A stretch of 64,000 nt of DNA from the NCBI GenBank assembly GCA_964346555.1, contig CAYFVJ010000001.1:4779-68778 (forward strand), written 5' to 3'. The notes beneath the pieces were generated by a model that worked only from the letters and a program-made list of their open reading frames with translations, had not been told where the DNA came from and did not search any database. This stretch comes from an uncultured Alteromonadaceae bacterium. GTDB lineage: Bacteria; Pseudomonadota; Gammaproteobacteria; Pseudomonadales; Halieaceae. Of the stretch, positions 17,996 through 26,283 are shown in pieces (the first letter of the stretch is position 1; each line of letters begins with the position of its first letter). A program made the position numbers and the translations under genes.

Positions 17996-18657
17996 ACGCT
18001 GGCTTGCGTGCATTGTATGCGCTGTCGCTGGGCTGTGTAGCGGCCGGGCTCGGCTTCACCGTACTGCGGATTCCGCCCCCCGACGGCGACCTGCCCGCTC
18101 TGGTCGTGCAGCACCTGGCGGCATCCGGCGTCGAGCACCCGGTGACGGCTGTGCTGCTCAACTACCGCAGTTACGATACGCTGTTGGAGATGGTCGTACT
18201 GTTGCTGGCATTGCTCGGTGCCTGGGGACTCAGCGACAGCGATGACAAGACGGCGCTTCCCGCTGCGCCCATAGTCCTCGATCAACTTGTACGCCTGCTG
18301 GTTCCGGTGCTGATCCTGGTTGCCGCTTATCTGCTCTGGGTCGGCGCCTACTCTCCGGGTGGCGCTTTCCAGGCGGGTGCCGTGCTCGCCGGGGCAGGCG
18401 TGTTGCTCAGTCTGCTTGATCCGACCTGGCGAGGGGCCGGCATGCTGCGCGCCATAGAGCTGATGCTGCTGCCCGGTGTCGTGGTCTTTGTTCTGACCGG
18501 TGCCCTTGGGATGGCAGTCAATGGCCGCTTTCTGGAGTACCCGACAGACATTGCCGGCACCTTGATCCTTTGCGTTGAGGGCTTCGCAGCGCTGTCGATT
18601 GCCGCAACGCTGCAGACGCTGTTCGCCGGTACGGCGCGTGTGGGCGGCATGTCATGA
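17992..18657 (+). CDS. mrpB: MnhB/MrpB-domain membrane subunit (MbhE/F-like)
   Basis: GTG 17992 overlaps the upstream stop (GTGA). It has the motifs HPVTAVLLNYRSYDTLLE and YSPGGAFQAG. The 17776 ORF start lies inside upstream genes. Confidence 0.75.
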   Translation: MNAGLRALYALSLGCVAAGLGFTVLRIPPPDGDLPALVVQHLAASGVEHPVTAVLLNYRSYDTLLEMVVLLLALLGAWGLSDSDDKTALPAAPIVLDQLVRLLVPVLILVAAYLLWVGAYSPGGAFQAGAVLAGAGVLLSLLDPTWRGAGMLRAIELMLLPGVVVFVLTGALGMAVNGRFLEYPTDIAGTLILCVEGFAALSIAATLQTLFAGTARVGGMS

Positions 18658-18956
18658 GCCACTGGCAACTGTACGCCATGCTCGGCGTGGCGCTGTTTTG
18701 TGTCGGTCTTTACGCACTGGCAACGCGACGTCATCTGTTGGCGCAGATTCTCGCCCTGAACATTATGGGCAGTGCCGTGTTTCTGTTGCTCGTTGCGCTG
18801 GCCCGGCGCGGCGCTGCAGTGGACCCGGTACCGCACGCGATGGTTATCACGGGTATCGTCGTAGCAGTATCGGCGACGGCGCTGGGATTGCGCCTGATGC
18901 TGCGCGTCGCGCAGTCTACGGGCGCTGCGCGGCTCCCGGAGGCGGGAGATGACTGA
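18654..18956 (+). CDS. mrpC: Mrp/Mnh antiporter subunit C (NuoK-like)
   Basis: 100-aa 3-TM protein joined to mrpB by an ATGA overlap. Confidence 0.8.
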   Translation: MSHWQLYAMLGVALFCVGLYALATRRHLLAQILALNIMGSAVFLLLVALARRGAAVDPVPHAMVITGIVVAVSATALGLRLMLRVAQSTGAARLPEAGDD

Positions 18957-20397
18957 TGCGGTGATGCCCGTATTTCTTATTCTGCTGCCGCTGCTGGGGA
19001 GCATTCTCATTTTTCTGCTGGTTCGCGGGCGCGCAGCCTGCGGGGTCGCCGTGACCCTGGCGAATCTGCTGCTGCTGGCGGTGGTAATCACGCATCGGGT
19101 GTCGTCGGGACCCTGGCGGCACGAAGTGGGTGGCTGGGGTGCGCCGCTGGGTATCGATCTGTACCTGGATGGGCTTTCAGCGCTGATGCTGGCTATGACG
19201 GGGCTGGTCGCGCTCGCTATCAGCGTGTATTCGGCGACGTATTTTTCGACCGCTGCTGCGCGCCATTTCTGGCCGCTCTGGCTGCTATTGCTGGCGGCGA
19301 TGAACGCGCTTTTTCTGTCGCGAGACCTGTTTAATCTGTACGTAACGCTTGAGCTCGTGGGGATTGCCGCAGTGGCCCTGACCGCCATGCGCGGTCAGCG
19401 CGACGCCCTGGTGGCCGCCATGCGTTACCTGTTGACCACAATGCTCGGGTCCCTGGCCTATCTCCTCGGCTTAGCGCTGCTCTATCACAGCGCGGGCAGT
19501 ATCGATATGCGCCTGATCGGGCAGGCGGAGCTGCCGGTGCCCGTCACCGCCACCGCATTTGCCGCCATGGCCATCGGTCTGTTGCTGAAAACGGCGCTAT
19601 TCCCGTTTCACTTCTGGCTGCCCGCGGCGCATGCCAGCGCGTCGGCGCCGGTCAGTGCGGCACTTTCCGCGCTGGTGGTCAAGGTGGGCTTTTACATCCT
19701 GCTGCGGCTGTGGATCGAGGTGTTCCCAGGCATCGGCGCCCCGGCAGTGAATCTGCTCGGCGCGCTCGGTGGTATTGCCGTCGTCTGGGGATCTCTGCAG
19801 GCTATTCTGCAGGAGCGTGCGAAAATGCTTGTCGCTTACTCCACCGTCGCGCAACTGGGCTATTTATTCCTTGCGCTGCCGCTGGTCGCCCGCGGCGGCG
19901 CGACGGCCTGGGGGGGTATCATCCTGCTGTTACTGGCCCACGGTCTGGCCAAGGCCGCCCTGTTCATGGGCGTCGGCAACCTGCTGTCGTTCGCCGGTCA
20001 CGATCGCATCCGCGATCTCGATCAGGTTGTGCAGCGCATGCCACTCACGGCCGCCGCGCTGGGCCTGGCCGGTGTCAGCATCATGGGGCTGCCGCCCAGT
20101 GGCGGATTCAGCGGCAAGTGGACACTGCTGCAGGTGGCGCTTGCGCAGGGGCACTGGCCCATTGCGCTGGTACTGCTGCTCGGCGGAGTACTCGCCGCAG
20201 TTTACATGTTCAAGCTGCTCGAGCACATTTTCACCAGCGGCACGCCCAGGGGAGAGCCTCGGGCCGTGTTGCGATCCATGGAGTGGGCGCCATTCGCGCT
20301 GGCGATGGGGGCCGTGCTGTTGGGGTTTCTGGGGGCCGCGACGCTGGAACTACTGACCATCGGTGAGCCGTTCAATCCTGGCGCCCGCAATGATTGA
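18949..20397 (+). CDS. mrpD: Mrp/Mnh antiporter subunit D (NuoN/NuoM-like proton-conducting subunit), copy 1
   Basis: 482 aa with FHFWLPAAHASASAPVSAALSALVVKVG, the complex-I antiporter-like signature. It overlaps mrpC by 8 nt. Confidence 0.85.
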   Translation: MTDAVMPVFLILLPLLGSILIFLLVRGRAACGVAVTLANLLLLAVVITHRVSSGPWRHEVGGWGAPLGIDLYLDGLSALMLAMTGLVALAISVYSATYFSTAAARHFWPLWLLLLAAMNALFLSRDLFNLYVTLELVGIAAVALTAMRGQRDALVAAMRYLLTTMLGSLAYLLGLALLYHSAGSIDMRLIGQAELPVPVTATAFAAMAIGLLLKTALFPFHFWLPAAHASASAPVSAALSALVVKVGFYILLRLWIEVFPGIGAPAVNLLGALGGIAVVWGSLQAILQERAKMLVAYSTVAQLGYLFLALPLVARGGATAWGGIILLLLAHGLAKAALFMGVGNLLSFAGHDRIRDLDQVVQRMPLTAAALGLAGVSIMGLPPSGGFSGKWTLLQVALAQGHWPIALVLLLGGVLAAVYMFKLLEHIFTSGTPRGEPRAVLRSMEWAPFALAMGAVLLGFLGAATLELLTIGEPFNPGARND

Positions 20398-21898
20398 TCC
20401 GGCACTGAGCGCGCTATTGCCCCCGGCGCTGGTGGCCAGTTCCCTGCTGCCGGGCCTGATTATCTTTACGCTGGCTGAAGAGAGTGTTCGCCTGCGTACG
20501 GCGCTGAATCTGGTCGGTGCACTGTCCAAGCTTCTGCTGGTCGGCTTGATGCTCTGGGGGGTGTATCGCGAGCTCGACTTTGAGGCCCGGTTCGAGTTGC
20601 TGCCCGGTCTCCCGCTGGTGCTGCGTGTAGACGCCCTGGCTCTGTTATTCATTACGCTGTCGGCGCAGCTGTGGTTCCTGACCACGATATATGCGGTCGG
20701 ATACCTCGAGGAGTCGCCCCACAGGAGCCGCTTTTTCGGTTTCTTCAGTCTCTGCGTTACCGCGACGGTCGGGGTCGCCATGGCCGGCAACCTGCTGACG
20801 TTCATTCTGTTTTACGAAATGCTGACGTTGTCTACTTATCCACTTGTCGTGCATCGGGGAACGCCGGTCGCGCGACGGGCCGGCGAGGTCTATCTGCTGT
20901 ACACGGTGTTCGGTGGCGTGCTGCTTCTGCTCGGCACCGTCTGGCTCTACACGCTGACGGGTACGCTGGAGTTTCAACCCCAGGGGGTTGTCAGTGGTCT
21001 GGGGCAGGAGTACCACGCCGCGCTTATTGCGATCTTCGTACTGCTGATCGGCGGGTTGGGGGTAAAAGCGGCACTGTTGCCGCTACACGGCTGGCTGCCA
21101 AAGGCGATGGTCGCGCCGGCACCGGTCAGCGCTTTGCTGCACGCGGTCGCCGTGGTCAAAGCGGGCGCGTTCGGTATTATTCGCGTCGTCTACGATATTT
21201 TCGGTATTCAGTTCGCCGCGGGACTCGGCGTGATGATGCCCTTGGCCTGGCTGGCGAGCGCAACGATTCTGTATGGGTCGGTGCGCGCGCTGTTTCAGGA
21301 TGACCTCAAGCGACGTCTTGCCTATTCGACGGTGAGCCAGGTTGCCTACATTGCTCTGGGTGTGGCACTGGTGGGCCCGATCGCGAGTATCGGCGGGCTG
21401 GTACACCTAGTTCACCAGGGGTTGATGAAGATCACCCTGTTTTTCTGTGCCGGCAATCTCGCGGAGACACTGGGTATCCACAAGATCAGTGAAATGAACG
21501 GCGTGGGCCGGCGCATGCCGTGGACCATGGCAGCTTTTACCGTGGCGGCGCTGGGCATGATCGGCGTACCGCCGATAGCCGGATTCATCAGCAAGTGGTA
21601 CCTGGGGCTGGGCGCCATGGAGGTGGGCGCCGACTGGGTGCTGCTGGTGCTCGCCGGGAGCAGTGCCCTGAACGCCATGTATTTCCTGCCCATCGTCTAT
21701 CGCGCCTGGTTTCTCGATGTCGCGGACGAGTGGCCGCAGGAACGTCACTACCCGCGCGCGGAGACCTCGCTTGCCCTGCTGCTGCCGCCGCTGGTGACAG
21801 CGGCACTGGCGCTGATGGTCGGGTTGCTCGCCTCGGTACCCTACAGTCCCCAGGAGTGGGCCAAGCTGGTAGTAATGAGGGAGTTTGCCGCGCCGTGA
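20390..21898 (+). CDS. Mrp/Mnh antiporter subunit D-like (NuoM/L-like), copy 2
   Basis: 502 aa from ATG 20390 (8-nt overlap with copy 1; the ORF opens at GTG 20363). It has the signature LHGWLPKAMVAPAPVSALLHAVAVVKAG. Confidence 0.85.
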   Translation: MIDPALSALLPPALVASSLLPGLIIFTLAEESVRLRTALNLVGALSKLLLVGLMLWGVYRELDFEARFELLPGLPLVLRVDALALLFITLSAQLWFLTTIYAVGYLEESPHRSRFFGFFSLCVTATVGVAMAGNLLTFILFYEMLTLSTYPLVVHRGTPVARRAGEVYLLYTVFGGVLLLLGTVWLYTLTGTLEFQPQGVVSGLGQEYHAALIAIFVLLIGGLGVKAALLPLHGWLPKAMVAPAPVSALLHAVAVVKAGAFGIIRVVYDIFGIQFAAGLGVMMPLAWLASATILYGSVRALFQDDLKRRLAYSTVSQVAYIALGVALVGPIASIGGLVHLVHQGLMKITLFFCAGNLAETLGIHKISEMNGVGRRMPWTMAAFTVAALGMIGVPPIAGFISKWYLGLGAMEVGADWVLLVLAGSSALNAMYFLPIVYRAWFLDVADEWPQERHYPRAETSLALLLPPLVTAALALMVGLLASVPYSPQEWAKLVVMREFAAP

Positions 21899-22821
21899 TA
21901 GTCGAGTTGCCGCTGGATATCGTTCTGCTCGGCAGCCGGCTGGGGGCGGGACCGCTGGAGGTTGCCGCACTGGCTGTCGTTACGCTCCTATGGCTCCTGT
22001 TCGGCGTGTGGTTATGGCGTAGTTCCGCCTCCGCCCGGCCGGGTCTGCTGGCGGTGTTCTACGTCCTGCCCGCAACCGGCCTGATTACGGCGTCGCTGGC
22101 GCAGGATGCAGCGCTCTTTTACGCGGGGCTTGCGGCCGCAGGCTACGGCAGCCTCGCGGCGCTGCTCCTAGCGCATGGCGCGGGTCACTCGCGCACCGCG
22201 GCAGCCCAGGCCACGCTACTCGTGCTCAGTGACCTCATCCTGTTCGAGCTGTTCGTCTACCTGTACGCCGAGGCGCAGACTGTGGCATTTGACGGTTTGC
22301 GCGCGGCCTATGCGGATCGGGGCAGTGGGCTGACCTTCGTCGCTGGATTGCTGATCTTCGCCGCGGGCAGCAGGATTGCCGCACTGTTTCTGCTTTTGCC
22401 GCTGTCAGCGGGGCTGCCCGCGTGGCGCATGGGCACCGCCTCGGCACTCGGCGCGACCGCTGTAGTCGCAGGCCCACTGCTTGTCGTGCGGATCGTCGAT
22501 CCTTCGTTTGCGACATCCGCTGCCCGATATACGCTGTCGGCAATGCTCGGTGCAGCGCTTGCGCTGTACTTGCTCGCTGTCATCTTGGTCCGGTCGAGGG
22601 CGGGCATCGATGCATTCAAGCGGCAGCTGTCAGACACCGGGCAGCGAGGGCTGTCACCGGGTGTGGCCGTGCTGGCGCTGGCCGGCAATCTGTCGCAACG
22701 GCTCGCCCCGCGTGCGCGTTTGGCGGAGCGGGCACTATTATCCTGGCCGGTTGCCGTGACGCTTGCCAGCGTGTTGTCGCTGCTTCTGGCCTTCGCTTTT
22801 GGCAGCGCGGGCTCGGGCTGA
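21895..22821 (+). CDS. Ala/Leu-rich polytopic membrane protein of unknown function, last gene of the mrp operon
   Basis: GTG 21895 overlaps the upstream stop (GTGA). It is 308 aa with about 8 hydrophobic segments, and I could not see an antiporter-subunit signature. The coding call rests on the translational coupling and the hydrophobicity pattern. Confidence 0.55.
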   Translation: MIVELPLDIVLLGSRLGAGPLEVAALAVVTLLWLLFGVWLWRSSASARPGLLAVFYVLPATGLITASLAQDAALFYAGLAAAGYGSLAALLLAHGAGHSRTAAAQATLLVLSDLILFELFVYLYAEAQTVAFDGLRAAYADRGSGLTFVAGLLIFAAGSRIAALFLLLPLSAGLPAWRMGTASALGATAVVAGPLLVVRIVDPSFATSAARYTLSAMLGAALALYLLAVILVRSRAGIDAFKRQLSDTGQRGLSPGVAVLALAGNLSQRLAPRARLAERALLSWPVAVTLASVLSLLLAFAFGSAGSG

Positions 22822-22921
22822 AAAGAGCCTGCCGCCTGTCAGTGCCCTGGCCTCGATCCCGGTGTCCAGCTCAGACAGCGCGAGGAGTGATTCGGCGTTG
22901 TGTATCCGCGGGCGGTATCTT

Positions 22922-24220
22922 TCAGTCAACCAGTGCCTGATAGACCAGCGACCTGAACTGGTCGGCGAGCTGCGTCTGGTGCGGAACACTCTGGGTCATG
23001 AAGATGGCGACCATCTCCTCGCTGGGGTCGACCCAGAAGCGTGTGCCCGCGGCGCCGCCCCAGCCGTAGCTGCCCGGTGAGCCGATTTCCCCGCTGACGC
23101 CGGGGTCGACGGTTACCGCGACGCCGAGGCCGAAGCCTTCAACCCCGGTCAGAACCTGCGCATCGATGCCGGCCAGGTGGTTGCGGCGCATGTGCTCCAC
23201 GGTGCGGGGCGACAGAAGACGCGCGCCATCCAGCTCGCCGCCGTTCAGCAGCATCTGACTGAAGCGCAGGTAGTCGTCGGTTGAGGAGACGAGTCCGGCG
23301 CCGCCACTGGCAAAATAGCCGCCGTCAACGAAGGGTTCGGTGAGGCGCGGATCGGCGACTTCCAGTACCTGTTTCTGGCTGCTCTGCCAGGGTTCGTTCC
23401 AGCTGATCTGCGTTCCTTCGGGGGAATAGAGCTGCGCCAGTCGCGACACGTCGCTCGCTGGCAGGACGAACGCGGTGTCCTGCATCCCCAGCGGCTCGAA
23501 AATACGTTTTCTGAGGAATTCCGCAAACGGCATGTCGGAAAGTACTTCCACCAGGCGGCCCTGGAGATCTACCGCGACGCTGTAATGCCAGCGCGTGCCG
23601 GGATCGTACTGCAGCGGCAGTCCGGACAGCCGTTTGCTGAAAGTCTCGAGGTCCGCTGATTGCAGCAGCCCCGCCTCGCGGTAGGCGCGATCGACCGCGG
23701 TATCGCCGAATACGCCGTAGGTCATCCCGGCGGTATGGCGCATCAGGTCGCGCACGGTCGGCGCACGCGCTGGTTCGCGCAGTATTGGCGTGCCGTCGCT
23801 ATCGAGATCATCCAGAACCTGGAGGCCGGCGAACGCCGGCAGGTATCGCGCCAGTGGATCATTGAGCTGGAAGCGTCCCTCCTCATACAGCATCATCATG
23901 GCGACCGCCGTGATCGGCTTGGTCATGGAATAGATGCGGTAGAGCGTATCCTGTGACATCGGCTCGCCGGCCTCGCGATCGCTCATGCCCCAGGTCTGGC
24001 GCCAGGCAATGCGGCCGCGCCGTGCGATCAGGGCTTCTCCGCCAACCATGATGCCGTCTTCCACGGCGCGCTGCATGTGGGCGTCGATCCGTGAGAGCCG
24101 CTGTGCTGAAAATCCGAGCGCTGAAGGCTCGCCGACCGGCAGGGCCTGGCCCGCGGCACCGGTAGTGATAGTCCAGAGGAGTACAGAAAAAATCCAGTAG
24201 CGTGCGTGGCTTTTTTGCAT
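22922..24220 (-). CDS. exported serine hydrolase, beta-lactamase/transpeptidase-like fold (class C / EstB-like)
   Basis: 432 aa with a signal-like N-terminus (YWIFSVLLWTITTGAAGQA), the S-x-x-K motif in IYSMTKPITAV, and a later HYSV and WGGAAG. It starts 3 nt after the GATase stop. Confidence 0.8.
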   Translation of the reverse strand: MQKSHARYWIFSVLLWTITTGAAGQALPVGEPSALGFSAQRLSRIDAHMQRAVEDGIMVGGEALIARRGRIAWRQTWGMSDREAGEPMSQDTLYRIYSMTKPITAVAMMMLYEEGRFQLNDPLARYLPAFAGLQVLDDLDSDGTPILREPARAPTVRDLMRHTAGMTYGVFGDTAVDRAYREAGLLQSADLETFSKRLSGLPLQYDPGTRWHYSVAVDLQGRLVEVLSDMPFAEFLRKRIFEPLGMQDTAFVLPASDVSRLAQLYSPEGTQISWNEPWQSSQKQVLEVADPRLTEPFVDGGYFASGGAGLVSSTDDYLRFSQMLLNGGELDGARLLSPRTVEHMRRNHLAGIDAQVLTGVEGFGLGVAVTVDPGVSGEIGSPGSYGWGGAAGTRFWVDPSEEMVAIFMTQSVPHQTQLADQFRSLVYQALVD

Positions 24221-24223
24221 TAC

Positions 24224-24964
24224 CTATGCCTTGTCTGTGCGGCGGTTGTCGAAAGCATCGAAGCCATCCCGCCTGCTTGCGGTGCTCTCGTGAGGCGTCG
24301 GTTGAGCTCCGCTCAAAAGGTAGCGGAACAGGGCGCGTTGCGACGGTAAATATAACAGGTACTCGGGATGCCATTGCACCCCGATGATACGCCTCTCATT
24401 GTCTGACTCGATGGCCTGTACCAGACTGTCCAGATCTCTGCCGACGACTTTCAAGCCCTGCGCCGATTCGTGAATTGCCTGGTGGTGCAGGCTGTTGACG
24501 CGCAGACGCTGGCGGCCACAGATACCCGAAATGCGTGAGTGCGGCAGCAGTGTCACGGTCTTGGTCGGCAGCAGGCCGGGCCGGTTGTGCGTCTTGTGGC
24601 GCATGCTGCGGATGTCCTGGTGCAGGTTGCCACCCAGTACGACGTTGATCAGTTGTGCGCCGCGACAGATGCCCAGTAGCGGCTTGTTATTGTCGAGAGC
24701 ATAGCGAATCCAGCGGATTTCGAGGGCGTCGCGGGCCTTGTCGGTTTTTACCGGTTCGCGGATGTCGCCCTGGTAGTGCTCCGGCCCGATATCGTTACCG
24801 CCGCCGATCACCAGCGCATCGAAATCAACTTCGTCAGTGCCGTGGCGAGTGCTGATACGCACGGCTCGCGCGCCCGCCATCCAGAGTGCCAGGCGGGTAC
24901 ACCACCAGGCCGGCGCCCAGCGACGGGCGGCTCCGGTTACGCCAACCCGCGGTCGCGCAGCCAT
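24224..24964 (-). CDS. class I glutamine amidotransferase-like / peptidase C26 gamma-glutamyl hydrolase (PuuD-like)
   Basis: 246 aa with the nucleophile elbow LLGICRGAQLINV and GVQWHPEYL (His-Glu). Its ATG lies 28 nt inside the amidoligase 3' end. Confidence 0.85.
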   Translation of the reverse strand: MAARPRVGVTGAARRWAPAWWCTRLALWMAGARAVRISTRHGTDEVDFDALVIGGGNDIGPEHYQGDIREPVKTDKARDALEIRWIRYALDNNKPLLGICRGAQLINVVLGGNLHQDIRSMRHKTHNRPGLLPTKTVTLLPHSRISGICGRQRLRVNSLHHQAIHESAQGLKVVGRDLDSLVQAIESDNERRIIGVQWHPEYLLYLPSQRALFRYLLSGAQPTPHESTASRRDGFDAFDNRRTDKA

Positions 24965-25920
24965 CCGTCCATGTACTCCACCCAGCTGTTGCGCTTGACG
25001 CCAAGCAATACGCGATGCTGGTCGAGGTAGCGGGCGGCGAGTTCGGACAGTTCTTCAGGTCGCTGCGCCAGCTCATCCACGGACCACCACACGTTCCAGC
25101 TGTCTGCCAGGGACCAGCCCACGCGATCGATGTGACAGTTGGGCAGTCGATAGTGAAAAGTCGGTCGCGCCTTGATGCGCCGGTCCGGAACGCTGTCCTG
25201 CACTGCGTGCTCATCCAGCTCACTGAGCAGCGGCAACATGTCGAGTGCCCGGTTGCGACTCGGGTTGTGCTGCAGGTAATCGGCGATCAACTGATCCAAC
25301 GGGGGCGCCTGCGCCGTCGAAAACAGATGACGCAGGTAGGCCTCGGGATACAGATCCACGTAAGTGCTGGCGCGCCGCGTCAGGTCGACCTCGTGCGACT
25401 GCACCAGCCACCACTGCAACAGGCCGAAGGCCCTCAGGTAATTCCACACAGTGGCACTGTCCAGAGCGGGGCTGCGAGGGTTAATGTGCACACCATAGGC
25501 GGCGATGACTGAACTGGCGGTGCCTACTGCGCCGGCTTCGCGCAGTGCGTCTGTCAGAGGTCGCAGTGAGTGCAGCCGGTCTACGGCAACGGGCGGACAG
25601 ACAATCTCTACCGGTACCACGAGCTCTGCTGCCTGGGAGAGCAGACCCACCCATTCGTCTGCGGGTGTGTCACCTGCTTCTTCCGCCTGCCGTTTCAGGA
25701 ATTCCCAGTCCAGTTCAATGCCGAAGCGGCCGAGGCCGTCGATATCCAGGTCGCAGGCTGCGGCTGTCTGGTTGTGCCGGGTGGTTGTATAGACGCTTTC
25801 CAGGGCAGTAATTGTGTCGGCCAGGGACACGCCCGCGAACTCGATTTCAAAACCAACCGTACGCACGCTTCCCGTTTCATCGCAGCGGGCGCTGGGTTGC
25901 CTGAATTCACTGACAGCCAC
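24937..25920 (-). CDS. amidoligase family protein (glutamine-synthetase-like fold, Amidoligase_2-type)
   Basis: It has the motifs VGFEIEFAG, VPVEIVCPP and YGVHINP. The ORF extends to ATG 26019, but that would overlap the small upstream gene, so GTG 25920 is the preferred start. The start is uncertain. Confidence 0.7.
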   Translation of the reverse strand: MAVSEFRQPSARCDETGSVRTVGFEIEFAGVSLADTITALESVYTTTRHNQTAAACDLDIDGLGRFGIELDWEFLKRQAEEAGDTPADEWVGLLSQAAELVVPVEIVCPPVAVDRLHSLRPLTDALREAGAVGTASSVIAAYGVHINPRSPALDSATVWNYLRAFGLLQWWLVQSHEVDLTRRASTYVDLYPEAYLRHLFSTAQAPPLDQLIADYLQHNPSRNRALDMLPLLSELDEHAVQDSVPDRRIKARPTFHYRLPNCHIDRVGWSLADSWNVWWSVDELAQRPEELSELAARYLDQHRVLLGVKRNSWVEYMDGWLRDRGLA

Positions 25921-25933
25921 GTATGAGCCCGGC

Positions 25934-26113
25934 TCAGCCCTTCGGACCGAAAAGGAACCACGCCAGCAGGCCGAACAGGGGCAGGACCAGGATAACCAGT
26001 GTCCAAATGACCTTGGCACCGGTTCCCGCAGAACTCTGTACCGTCTTGATAATCGCGTAGATAGCCAGGGCCAGCCAGATCAGTCCCAGCAGCCCACCTG
26101 TTTCAATGCCCAT
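25934..26113 (-). CDS. small 2-TM membrane protein, PLDc_N (phospholipase-D-like N-terminal) type
   Basis: This ORF is not in the supplied track (59 aa). My own translation is MGIETGGLLGLIWLALAIYAIIKTVQSSAGTGAKVIWTLVILVLPLFGLLAWFLFGPKG. The KxIWxLVILxxPxxGxLxWxLFG pattern is typical of this family. Confidence 0.6.
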   Translation of the reverse strand: MGIETGGLLGLIWLALAIYAIIKTVQSSAGTGAKVIWTLVILVLPLFGLLAWFLFGPKG

Positions 26114-26283
26114 AATTTTTGCCTGTGATATTCCCGCCGAGTTTCAGGATACCAGAAGTCGCTAGCATTGGGGCTGCGCACGTTCTTGCTCGTGCCGGAA
26201 CAATGTGTGTAACAACGCGGTTTCTGGCATCACCAGGCGGCCTTGGGTAGACTGACGGTTGAGTCAAGCACGCGAGATTCAAC

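Noticed and set aside
22822-22921. I looked for a terminator in the 100-bp gap between the convergent mrp operon and the beta-lactamase-fold gene.
   Set aside because: Only a weak 5-bp stem (GGCTC...GAGCC) without a U-tract is present, which is not convincing.
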